DNA from: Squalus acanthias
Lineage: Eukaryota
Length of the DNA: 64,000 nucleotides
NCBI GenBank assembly: GCA_030390025.1
Contig: CM059431.1
Span: 133,860,001-133,924,000, forward strand
Direction: 5' to 3'
In this document: positions 24,390 to 36,081 of the stretch, piece by piece
Position numbering within the stretch: position 1 is the first letter of the stretch
How the letters are laid out: the number at the start of each line of letters is the position of its first letter
Notes under the pieces: model-generated
Seen by the model: only the letters and a program-made list of their open reading frames with translations
Database searches by the model: none
What the model was told of the DNA's origin: nothing
Program-made: the position numbers and the translations under genes

Positions 24390-24741
24390 ACGATAGCAAA
24401 ATACTGCGGATGCTGGAAATCCGAAATAACAACAGAAAACGCTGGAAAAACTCAGCAGGCCAGGCAGCATCCGTGGAGAGAGAAAGAGAGTTAACGTTTC
24501 AGGTCGATGACCTTTCATCAGAACTGGGAAGAGCCGGAAATCAAATAGATTTAAGGCCAGGGTAAAGCTGGGAAAAGGGGGAGGGGATAAAGGAACAAAG
24601 TGGGAGATGAAGAGACATTAAGAGACATTAAGAGATATGCAAGGCTAGAGGTGGTGTTAATGTGACAGATTAAGGCTGAATGAAGTGTGAAATCCACTGG
24701 CAGAATGAAGGACAGCTGCCAGCTTCCATGAGGAAAAAAAA
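24390..24741 (-). mobile_element. Penelope-like solo terminal repeat (pLTR-type) insertion
   Basis: 10-bp TSD ACTTAAGAGT (24380-89, 24742-51); contains a hammerhead motif. Confidence 0.75.
24489..24525 (-). ncRNA. Minimal type I hammerhead ribozyme motif
   Basis: - strand reads AGTT CTGATGA A AGGTC-ATC-GACCT GAAACGTT AACT. Confidence 0.8.
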
Positions 24742-25209
24742 ACTTAAGAGTGTTAGTACATAAACATCAGCCTTGAAATGACTAGTGGCAGGTGTTTATG
24801 GAGGCATTTTCCCCCTGGTCTGCACTTAGTGCTTTTAGAGGAAATCTGGGTGAAAAACCCTCTGACAGTCATTTATAAGTAATTTACAGTGTTGCGCTAA
24901 TAATGGGAACAAAAGATTAGTATGTCCATTTCTTCTCTGCTTTGCACCCATTTTTTGGATGCTATTTGTGGGTAGAGTAGAGAAAAATTAGAAGTACTGT
25001 ATTAACTCCCAAACTCTTGTCACCCTTTCTGGATGAGGAGAACTACATCATTTACAAATGCAAAAACACCTCTGGCAGTATGTGCGCAAATGCTACTATG
25101 GTACTCATATCGCATCAATTATAGCACCCCCTGCCCAACAGAAATGAAACACCAACTGAAATAGAAAATAAGTTTTCATAATTTATCACAGCATCTATGC
25201 AACAGTGAA

Positions 25210-26405
25210 ATGATCTATTTCTGGCACCCGTGCTTCTCCTTGTAAGATGTGCTCGATCGACTTCTTAGCCTTAATCAATGTTGAACTGCTTCCCAAGTGG
25301 GAGGAACAATGGCGGTGACACGTAGTTCAGGGTGTTGTGTACCAACACTGTAGCTGCCAGCACCTGCCTGTTCTCAAGCACTTTCTTAAATGTTTGAATG
25401 GCCTGGCTGCAATGGGTGGATGTGTGTCCACCTTTAGAAGAAGCCACCTCATAAAACCCTTAGGCAGCTACATCACCGCTGCTTGACATTTCAGCTGGAG
25501 GCCCAGCGGGCTGCATGAGAGCAGTCCATAGAGTGACTCCAATAAGGATGAAGACCGCAAGTGTTATTCTTTCCAAATGATCTCCTGGTCTTATGAATCT
25601 AGCAGAAAAAGCCTCATGCCCACGATCTGAGTAGTTCCAGTCAAAATGTTTATGAGAAACAAGAGTTTTTCAATTAGTCCATCACTGCTTTGGGGTTCTT
25701 CTTCAGATGGCTGTGACGATACCACTCACTCTACAGTACTCTTCAGTGATGGTTAAGTTGCTCTGCTGCACCTTCTTGGACAGTAACTGCATGCTGCTCA
25801 TGACGGACACAAAGGATGAAGCTAATACTAACTAATGCCTCAAGAAACGCACAGCAGGAAAACAATCCCTTCCTCATGCACTGGGGACACGGCATAGCTC
25901 GTAACCTGTTCAGATTTGTCTTCTTCATCTCCTAACCCTTTCAATTGCTCCTCCTTACTTTACCCAGTGCGCCTTCCTCAAACTCCCCAACTGTTTTCTC
26001 CAGAGTGCTATTAGTTTGGCTGGTGGTTGAAACAACTTGCTGTGATGTGCAAGAGACTATGGTACAAAGAGATCTTGGTCCGTCACCTTGGAAAGAAGTA
26101 AAAAGGACAGTAGTTACAATGCAGCTGCAAGAAAATGTTAGTGAGGTAAGTACATAAGACATTTTCCATGTGAAACAGCCGCTGAGCAAGAGCAACCCAG
26201 GGGAGGAGAAAGATAGGGAGTGTGAGAAAGTTCTCAAAAAATGGAAGATGTTTGCTGGGAGTTGGCACCATGCCTCCAAATTTAGCCTCGCCAATGCCTT
26301 CAATCATTTCCTTTGGCAACAGAGTGAGGGCCATCGCCTTGTTGAATAAGCTGCTTCAGAGTCACAGGACCCCTGCCTGTTCAGGTCCTCTCCAGCAGCC
26401 TTGGC
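25210..26405 (-). pseudogene. Probable ancient Harbinger Myb/SANT gene remnant (exons 2-3)
   Basis: Acceptor ttccag|GCCAAGG as in the other copies, ALTLL..EMIEGIGEA, second acceptor at ~26088, terminal TRRST..RNR; many stops. Confidence 0.45.
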
Positions 26406-26471
26406 CTGGAACCGGAACACAGTAAAAAACAGTACAGGAATTCATACAACAATCCAACAGCATCCCTGTGA

Positions 26472-29400
26472 GCTAGTCAGAGTAGAAATAGAAAGATATT
26501 TCAGATGAATACGTGGCTAGAGGAATGGTGCAAGGGGGAGGGATTCAAATTCCTGGGACATTGGAACCGGTTCTGGGGGAGGTGGGACCAGTACAAATCG
26601 GACGATTTGCACCTGGGCAGGACAGGGACCGATGTCCTTGGGGGAGTGTTTGCTAGTGCTCTGAGGGAGGGTTTAAACTAAAATGGCAGGGGGTTGGGAA
26701 CCTGAGCAGGGAGACAGAGGAAAGGGAAACAAGGATAGAAGCAAAAGTCAGGAAGGAAATAAACAAAGGTGTCAGTCAGAGAAATCAAGGTTTAAATCAA
26801 ACGTGGCCACAGTAAATAATAATTCTAAAAGCTCTTAGAGTGTTAAAAAAACAAGCCTGAAGGCTTTGTGTCTTAATGCGAGGAGCATTCGTAATAAGGT
26901 AGATGAATTAGCTGCGCAAATAGAGGTAAACGAATATGATATGAATGGGATTACGGAACATGGCTCCAGGGTGACCAAAGCTGGGAACTCAACATACAGG
27001 GGTATTCAATATTCAGGAAAGATAGGCAAAAAGGAAAAGGAGGTGGGGTAGCATTGCTGGTTAAAGAGGGGATTAACACAATTGTAAGGAAGGATATTAG
27101 CTCTGATGATGTGGAATCTGTATGGGTAGAACTGAGAAACACCAAGGGGCAGAAAACGCTAGTGGGAGTGGTGTATAGACCCCCAAACAGTAATATGGAG
27201 GTTGGGGATGGCATTAAAAGGGAAATTAGAGAAGCGTGCAATAAGAGCACAGCAGTTATCATGGGCGACTTTAATCTACATATAGATTGGGCTAATCAAA
27301 TTAGTAACAATACTGTGGAGGAGGAATTCCTAGAGAGTATACGGGATGGTTTCCTGGACCAATATGTCAAGGAACCAACTAGAGATCAGGCCATCTTAGA
27401 CTGGGTATTATGCAATGAGAAAGGATTAATTAGCAATCTTGTTGTGCGAGGCCCCTTGGGTCAGAGCAATCATAATATGATAGTATTCTTCATTAAGATG
27501 GAGAGTGAAATAGTTGACTCAGAGACTAGGGTCCTGAATTTAAATAAAGGAAACTACGATGGTATGAGGCGCGAGTTGGGTAGGACTGATTGGGGAATGT
27601 CACTCAAAGGGTTGACGGTGGATAGGCAATGGCAAACATTCAAAGATCGCATGAATGAACTACAGAATTTGTTCATCCCTGTTTGGCATAAAAATAAAAC
27701 AAAAAAGGTGACTCAACCGTGGCTAACAAATGAAATTAGGGATAGCATAAGATCCAAGGAGAGGACATATAATTGGCCAGAAAAAGCAGAAAACCTGAGG
27801 ATTGAGAGCAGTATAGGATTCAGCAAAGAAGGACAAAGGGATTAATTAAAAGGGGGAAAATAGAGTATGAGAGTAAGCTTGCAGGGAACATAAAAACTGA
27901 CTGTAAAAGCTTTTATAAATATGTGAAGAGAAATAGATTGGTGAAGTCAAGCGTAGGTCCCTTGCAGTCAGAATCAGGGGAATTTATAATGGGGAACAAA
28001 GAAATGGCAGACCAATTAAATACATACTTTGGTTCTGTCTTCAAAAAGGAGGACACAAATAACCTCCAGAGATGTCGGGGAACATATGGTCTAATGAGAG
28101 GGAGGAACTGAAAGAAATCAGTATTTGTAGGGAAATAGTGTTAGGGAAATTGACGGGATTGAAGGCCGATAAATCCCCAGGGCCTGATAATCTACATCCT
28201 AGGGTACTTAAGGAAGTGGCCCTAGAAATAGTAGATGCATTGCTGGTCATCTTCCAAAATTCTATAGACTCTGGAACAGTATCCCTGGATTGGAGGGTAG
28301 CTAATGTTACCCCACTATTCAAAAAAGGTGGTAGAGAGAAAACGGGGAATTATAGGGGGAAAAATTCAGTTGGTTGCGTCTCCCATTAGCGCCTTAAGAG
28401 GGCGCTAATGGGGCGCAAAGCATCTAGCGCCCAGGCGTGGCGATGTTTGCGCCGCTCGCGAAATTAACTAGACATTTTGCGGCGGTGCTAAACACTACCG
28501 CCACGATCTCCTGCGCCGGCAGATCGTGACGTCAGTCAAGTGCGCAATGCCCTGGTATCGCCCCGGAGCAGATATTGAGTAGCGCCCCCTGCCTTACCGC
28601 CTGACGCTAGCAACGACAGGTTGAGGGGAGCGAATTGCAGTCGGAAGGGACTGGGGGAGCGCTATTTAAAGGCGACCGCTTCCTGCCTTTTACTGTTGGT
28701 GCCATTTTTGAACCACGCATTCTGAGAGAGAGAGAGAGAGACTTCTGGAGAGATTCAACGCTGTGTGAAGGAGTTTTGGGTACTGAGCAGCACTTTGCAG
28801 GTTCATTTTGATTTGCCATTCCTTGTATCGATTTAGAAGAGATTGTGGGGGCTGCACTCTAAGCTCTTTCCCTGGTACTCTCCATTGTTCTTTCCAGCAG
28901 ATTTGATGTGCAAGTCTCTCCAGGCAGAGATTCAAGGCTGCAATGAGCAGGATGTGGATTGAAAGCAAGATCAACCATCCCCTTTAAGAACTGGCCGGTG
29001 CCATTGTGTGTGTGTTCCATTGCTGACTGACATCACATGAGCTTCGCCAGCGCTCTGAGGTAGCGCCTCGCTCCTCGGCCTTTGCGCCTTAAGACAGGTG
29101 TGAAGCGCCTGATTTAGCGCTCCAATCACCTCCAGGGTCGATAAAAGTCAAGTTTGCAGTCGGTGGCGATAATTAGCGCCAGGCGCTAATCTTTGCGCCC
29201 GGCCGATAATTGCGCCCCAAATGGGGTGATACTGAATTTCTCCCCGGTAAGCCTGACATCGGTAGTGGGGAAAATGCTAGAGTCCATTATAAAAGATGTA
29301 ATAGCAGAGCACTTGGAAAACAGTGACAGGATCGGACAAAGTCAACATGGATTTACAAAAGGTAAATCGTGCTTGACTAATCTACTTGAATTTTTTGAGG

Positions 29401-30637
29401 ATGTAACTGGTAAAATAGATAAGGGAGAACCAGTGGATGTGGTGTATTTGGACTTTCAGAAGGCTTTCGATAAGGTCCCGCATAAGAGATTAGCGTGTAA
29501 AGTTAAGGCACATGGGATTGGGGGCAAGGTATTGACTTGGATAGAGAACTGGTTGGCAGACAGAAAGCAAAGAGTTGGAATAAATGGGTCTTTTTCCGAG
29601 TGGCAGGCAGTGACTAGTGGGGTACCGCAGGGATCGGTCCTAGGACTCCAGCTATTCACAAAATATATTAATGATCTAGACAAGGGAATTCGATGTAATA
29701 TCTCCAAGTTTGCAGATGACACAAAGCTGGGTGGGAGTGTGTGCCGTGAGGAGGATGCAGAGAAACTCCAGTATGATTTGGACAGGTTGGGTGATTGGGC
29801 AGAAGCATGGCAGATGCACTATAATGTGGATAAATGCAAGGTTATCCACTTTGGTGTCAAAAACAGGAAGGCAGATTATTATCTGAATGGCAATAGATTG
29901 GGAGAAGGGAAAGTGCAACAAAACCTGGGTGTCCTTGTGCACCAGTCACTGAAGGTAAGCATGTAGGTGCAGCAGGCGGTTAAGAAGGCAAATGGTATGT
30001 TGGCCTTCGTAGCGAAAGGGTTCGAGTACAGGAGCAAGGATGTCTTGCTGCAGTTGTACAGGGCCTTGGTGAGACCACATCTTGAGTATTGTGTGCAGTT
30101 TTGGTCACCTTATCTGAGGAAGAATGTTCTTGCCATGGAGGGAGTGCAGCGAAGATTCACCAGGCTGATACCTGGGATGGCAGGAATGACGTATGAGGAG
30201 AGATTGGGTTGATTGGGCTTATACTCGCTGGAATTTAGAAGAATGAGAGGGGATCTCATTGAACCTTATAAAATTCCAACAGGACTAGACTGACTAGATG
30301 CAGGAAGGATGTTTCCGATGGCGGGGAGTCCAGAACCAGGGGTCACAGTCTAAGGATAAGGGGTAAGCCATTTAGGACTGAGATGAGGAGGAATTTCTTC
30401 ACCCAGAGAGTGGTGAGCCTGTGGAATTCTCTACCACAGAAGGCAGTTGAGGCCAATTCATTAAATATATTCAAGAAGGAGTTAGATATATTTCTTTAAA
30501 CAAAAGGGATCAAGGGATATGGAGAGAAGGCAGGGACAGGGTACTGAGTTTGGATGATCAGCCATGATCTCATTGAATGGCGGAGCAGGCTCGAGGGGCT
30601 GAATGGCCTGCTCCTGCTCCTATCTTCTATGTTTCTA
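26472..30637 (+). mobile_element. CR1 family A (ORF1 end plus full ORF2, decayed), interrupted by a MITE
   Basis: LCLNARSIRNK, GDFN, FADD and (TTTCTATG) tail. Confidence 0.95.
28355..29245. mobile_element. Harbinger MITE, inverted copy of 12619-13511
   Basis: TIRs GGGGGAAAAATTCAG / CTGAATTTCTCCCC. Interrupts CR1 at GNY|RPVS. Left flank is ATA; the right TSD is missing. Confidence 0.92.
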
Positions 30638-30639
30638 CT

Positions 30640-31867
30640 CTATAGTGCAAAGGACCCACCGAGGTGTGTGTATTTGTGCTGGTGCTGGCTGCGCTTGGGT
30701 CTGCTGACGCTGCACCCTCAGAGGCTGGAACTTCCTCTAAGGAGCCTTCTTTCTCCTCCGGCTGGACAGTGAGGGGGAGGGGTGGGGGGGGGGGCAGTTG
30801 ATGGACCTGTGGGAGAGTAAAGAGATGAATTAGAAATGTAATAAGAATGGGTAACGTTACCATTATGCACATAATGACATTTCACTGGCTGCTGACATCA
30901 GTCACCATATGCGTGACTGTTGTATGCCATGTGGCTTTATGAGATGTGATTCTGTCAGCAGGTTGCTGGGATGTCTCTCCATCTCCTAGCACCAGCGTCT
31001 CTCGAGCTCCTGAAATTTTCAAAGCCGCTTCCTCTGCTGCTGTGAAATGTGCAATGGATGGGTTACATCTGTAAAGGGTGACTATGAGGGAGTGGGGTGC
31101 CAATGCCAAATTCCCTCCTTCTGTGGTGTTATGATTGCATTAGGCTGAGGGTGAGTGTGAGGGGTGGTTAGTCAGATGGGGTTGTGAGTATGTACATAGA
31201 GAAAGAGGGATGGGTGGACGTGCAAGGTATGTTGGTGTGAGTAATGATGTGCAGGAGTAGGCTTGGGAAGGCAGAATGATGGGGATGTGTTGACAGACAC
31301 TTCAGGATTAAGGTGAGTGTGGCATTGCACTCACCTTTCCTGACTTTATGAGATTATTGAAGCACTTCCTGCACTCCATCCAGGTCATCCTGACCACATC
31401 CCTGCTGCTGACCTCCTCTGCTATATCCAGCCAGGCTCTTTTTGTTGCTTGTGGAGGTCTCCTTTGCCTGTCAGCAGGGAAGAGGACCTCTCTGCGTGCC
31501 CTGACAGCCTCCACAAGAGTATGCAGCGAAGAATCAGAGAACCATGGTGCAAGCCCTCTGCCTTTGGTTATCCATCCTTCCAAAGGTTTAGCTGTACTGT
31601 GGCCTTTACTTGACACCTACCACCCTCCTCTGTCAACATCAAAATGAGTTGAGTACAAGACTGCTTTAAATATGGACACTGGAAACGAGTCATCGTTGAC
31701 GTCACCAGACCCGCAACTTTAATAGGGCCGGGAAATGCGCATGATTTTTCAATTGGGGCCATTAAGTTAAAGTCACTCTGAGCAGTACGTTGCTCAGAAC
31801 ATCGCGTTCCCGAGCCGCTACGCCGCCCGCATGCACCCAACCCGATGCAAAGGAAAAAATTTCGGCC
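30640..31867 (-). mobile_element. Harbinger Myb-side arm only
   Basis: ORF 31308-31616 APWFSDSSLHTLVEAV..AWLDIAEEV..WMECRKCFNNL. Matches 49240-50596. Terminus AAATTTCGGCC|ATG. Confidence 0.9.
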
Positions 31868-32710
31868 ATGGTTGCAGAGTGACCAACGTTGGGAACTAAA
31901 TATTCCAGGATACTTGACTTTTAGAAGAGACAGCCAAAATGGAAAGGGGGTCAGGGCAGTGTTTAGCCCTAATAATAAACAATGGGATAAGACAGTAGAG
32001 AGGAAGAAAGTTAGCTCCAAAAAGCAAGATGTAGAATCATTTTTGGTGGAGCTAAAAAAAACAAGGGGCAGAAAACACTGGTGGGAGTAGTTTATAGGTC
32101 CCCTAACAGTAGTTGTAGTGTCGGGCACAGTATAAATCAGAAAATTTGAGGTAACATGGGTAATACAGAAATCATGGGGGACTTTAATCTTCATATAGAC
32201 TGGGCAAACCATTTTGCAGTGATAGTGCAGAGGACGAGTTCATGGAATGCATTCAAGATAGTTTTCTGGATCAGTATATCAAGGAACCAACTGGGGAACA
32301 GGCTATTTTAGATCTAGTATTATGCAATGAGACAGGGTTAATTAATCATCTGGGGAAGAGTGATCATAATATGATAGAATATTATTTTGAGTTTGAGAGT
32401 GATTTAGTTAAGTCCGGAACTAGGGTCTTAAATCTGATCAAAGCAAACTAAGTAGGTATGAATTGGTTGAGGTAGATTGGGAAACTAGTTAAAAATATGA
32501 CGGTAGATAAGCAATGGCAAACATTTAAAGAAATAATTCATAATTTGCAACAAATATACATTCCCTCAAGGAATAAAATCCCCCACGGGAAAAGTGGTCC
32601 AACAAGAGAAGTTAGAGAAAGTATTAGATTAAAGGAAGTGACTTATATTGTTGCCAAAAAGAATAGTAAGCCTGAGGATTGGGAGGATTTTAATAAGATG
32701 ACCAAGACAT

Positions 32711-33116
32711 AGAATGACCAAGACATTCGGCCCGTCGAGCCTGCTCCGCCATTCAATACGATCATGGCTGATCATCCAAATCCAGTACCCTGTCCCTGCT
32801 TTAATCCCCACAGTACACATATCCCACCCTACCCCCGTAACCCCACGTATTTAATTCCCCCTAACATATCCCATCCTATCCCCATAACCCCACATATTTA
32901 ATCCCCCCTAACACTAAGGGTCAATTTATCATAGCCAAATCAACCTAACCCACACATTTTTGGACTGTGGGAGGAAACCGGAGCACCCGGAGGAAACCCA
33001 CGCAGACACGGGGAGAATGTGCAAACTCCACACAGACAGTCACCCGAGGTCAGATTCGAACCCGGGTCTCTGGCGCTGTGAGGCACCAGTGCTAACCACT
33101 ATGCCACCGTGTTGCC
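32711..33116 (-). mobile_element. HE1-like V-SINE joined to a CR1-A 3' end
   Basis: 32803-33116 matches the SINE at 15044-15362 (with an internal ~50-bp duplication). 32725-32802 is the CR1-A 3' UTR. AAGACAT occurs on both sides. Confidence 0.85.
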
Positions 33117-33739
33117 ATCGAAGACATTGAAAAAGGGAGAGCAAATAAAATATAAGAGTAAACTAGTAAGAGACATAAAAACAGATTGGAAAAGCTTCTA
33201 TAGGTACATAAAAATAAAGATTAGCAAAAGTAAATGTGGGTCCCTTACAGGTAGAGACAGGAGAAATTATAATGGGGACGAAGGAAATGGTAGCGGCATT
33301 AAACAAATACTTTGTATCTGTCTTCATGGAAGAAGACACAAAAAACATTCTGGAAATAGTGGGGAACCAAGAGTCTGGTGAGAATGAGGAACTTAAAGAA
33401 ATTAGGGCTAGAAATTCATTATAGCCCAGGAATGGGCGGTATAATTATAAAAGTTGGAGAATTAGCACCAGGCACTAATGCTTTAGACTGCACGCAAAAT
33501 TCGTGCTCACTGCTCAAAGAAATGATTGGAGTCCTAATTCAAGTGTTGAAGCCCAAGCTCATTGGCATTACACTAGAAGGGTGGACCAATATCAGGTGCA
33601 GTCTAATCACAAGTGATGATTGCCACAGGCTTTTTCCAGTTATTAAAGGGGAGTTTCCTTGATGCTGCAGAACCTCATTCTCAGCATTGTTGGCTGTGCA
33701 GCTGCCTCAGCAAGCAACAGCAGGGCAAGGAGAAGGAGT

Positions 33740-35570
33740 CGGAGGACTGAAGCAGATCCACGCCGCAGGGAGAGAGCCTGCAGATTCTGCGATCAATCAT
33801 TGGTGGCATTGGTGTTTACTGTGGAGAGACGGAGTGCTCTACCCGGCAAGTGGCAGGAGGCCCTCGCCACAAGTCTTCCGCACCATGTGGAGGGAGGTAG
33901 CACAGCATGTCTCGGCAGCACTCTGGTCCCCAGGATGCACACACAGTGCTGGAAAAATTTAACGACCTCATTCGGGTGGTCAGGGTGAGTGAATGCTTCT
34001 ACAAATGCTACATACCACCAGCTGAACCACAGTCTGCACACACTGCCCAAAGCATCACATCCCCAGCACTCACCCAACAACAATCTCTACCTACCAACAC
34101 TCACACCCACATCTCACACCTTGCACAGAATGACAGCTATTCAACTATGGCAGTCACATCACCCAAACACATTGCTCCACACTCACTCACACACTTTTCT
34201 TTCTCTTGCAGGCCAAGGTGGCTCACAACAGGAGGGAGCAGGAGCGCACAGGTGGGGGATGAGCTGACACCCAACCACTTTCTGCGCTGGAAAATAGAGT
34301 GCTGCAGATTATTGGGCGCCAGCTGGTTAGTGCCGTGGCCAGCGGCGACGTTGACCACCTTGGGGTCAACAACAGTATGTTCATCCCTACTTCTTCTCAC
34401 ATCCCACTTCCCCCTCACGCCACAAGCGTTTCGCACTTTCCAGCAATCATGCTGTATGCATGCCTTTCTCCCTTCCTGCCCCCTCCCCTCACCTTAACCC
34501 GCCTCTTGTGCCTTTATGCTTTCAGATAATGAGCAAGCACCTGAGCAGCCTCCCTGAGGGCAACGTAGAAAGCAAGGCAGGAGAAGAGGAGGAAGAAGAA
34601 CACACCGCGTCACTGCATGTCTCACCTGCAGGCACCAGCTCAGACATTGGCACTATGTGTCCTTTAGAGGCTAGTATAATAGTGGGATCTACACAGGGTC
34701 AGGCACCGGGGATGAGTGGGCTGCACAGGACTCAGATGAGGACCTTGATGGGGAGGTGTTTAGAAGAAGGGTGATGGGCATGCACACGGAGATAATAGGT
34801 GCAATGGCAAGGGTGCCCGAGAGCCTCTCAGCAATGATAAGGAACATGGAGGAGACGGCCTCCAACATTGCACAAGGCTCTGCACACACCATGGAGTCCA
34901 ATTATTTCACGTCTACAAAGGATGGTTGACTCCTGGAGAGACCATGGCGACCCAGACCTGATGCCGCGTGTGATGGGCGATCTGGCAGCTTCCATTGCAG
35001 CACAGGCGGAAGCTACGCAACATCTTAGTGCTGTAATACAGTCTATGCTTGGTGGCATCCGATCTCAGATTGCACTCATGCAGTCTCAACTTGATGCCAC
35101 GCAAGCTCTGACTGCTGCCATCGTGGTTGGGTCTACCACCGTCGACCGGGGCTTTCACGGTATCTCAGCAGGCCAGCAATCTGTGCTCTAACAGATTGCT
35201 CGGGTTGCTGAGCTGCTGCCCCGGGGGAGTGGCAGTGGGTCAGTGGAGCAGGAGCCTGCTGTTCTCTTTCAGGATGACAGCATTCCTGCTCCCACCATTG
35301 CGACTCCACCATTGCCCTTGTCGCTGCCTGTCATCCAGCCAGCCCAGAATGCTGCCGACCATGCTGTGGTGGTGCAGTCTACAACTGGGCCTTCCAGGCC
35401 CAGAGCTGGTTAAGGGCATCCTGCAAGGCCCACTGAAGTCTCCCGCACGGACACTCAGCAGCCTTCCACCAGCTGTGCTGCAGCCACTGGGGTAACACTT
35501 TGTATGAGCACTAGAGTAGGTAAAGGCACAGTACCGAGAGGCACTAAGGGATTGCAAAAGGATGAATAGT
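33740..35570 (+). pseudogene. Harbinger Myb/SANT-like gene, exons ~33740-33984, 34212-34374, 34526-~35570
   Basis: RERACRFCDQSLVALV..MWREVA..KFNDLIRVVR|gtgagt; tcttgcag|GCCAAG; ctttcag acceptor. Confidence 0.8.
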
Positions 35571-36081
35571 TAATATTTTTGTTGTAAATATGTGTTTACT
35601 GATTATTGATAAATTTATTAATTCAGTTTGAATTCTTTTGTGGTGTCTCTCATTTTATCTTTGTGCTGTGATTTGGCCTGCGACAAGGATGTAATGATGG
35701 GGAAGTGGTGAGCAACGGGGATCTGGGGTTTAATTCATTCGAACCACAGTCTGATGAGGCGGTCATGGACAACTCTTCCGGAAGGCCGATTAAGTGGCTG
35801 CCTCCTTCTTCGCTCCTGTTCTTCCTCCTCCTTCTCGTCCTCCTCCTCCTCCTCTCCCTCTTCCTCCTCCTGAGGTGGTCCCACAATCCCTGGGCTGGGC
35901 CCTCATGATGGCCAAGTTGTGGAGCATGCAGCAGACCACCACGAAATGGGACACCCACTCAGCCGAGTACTGGAGGGCTCCTCCCGAGTGGTTAAGGCAA
36001 TGCAACTGTTGCTTCAGCAGGCCGATGGTCTGCTCAATGACATTCTTGGTGGCAGCATGGTTTTCATTATATGACTCATAG

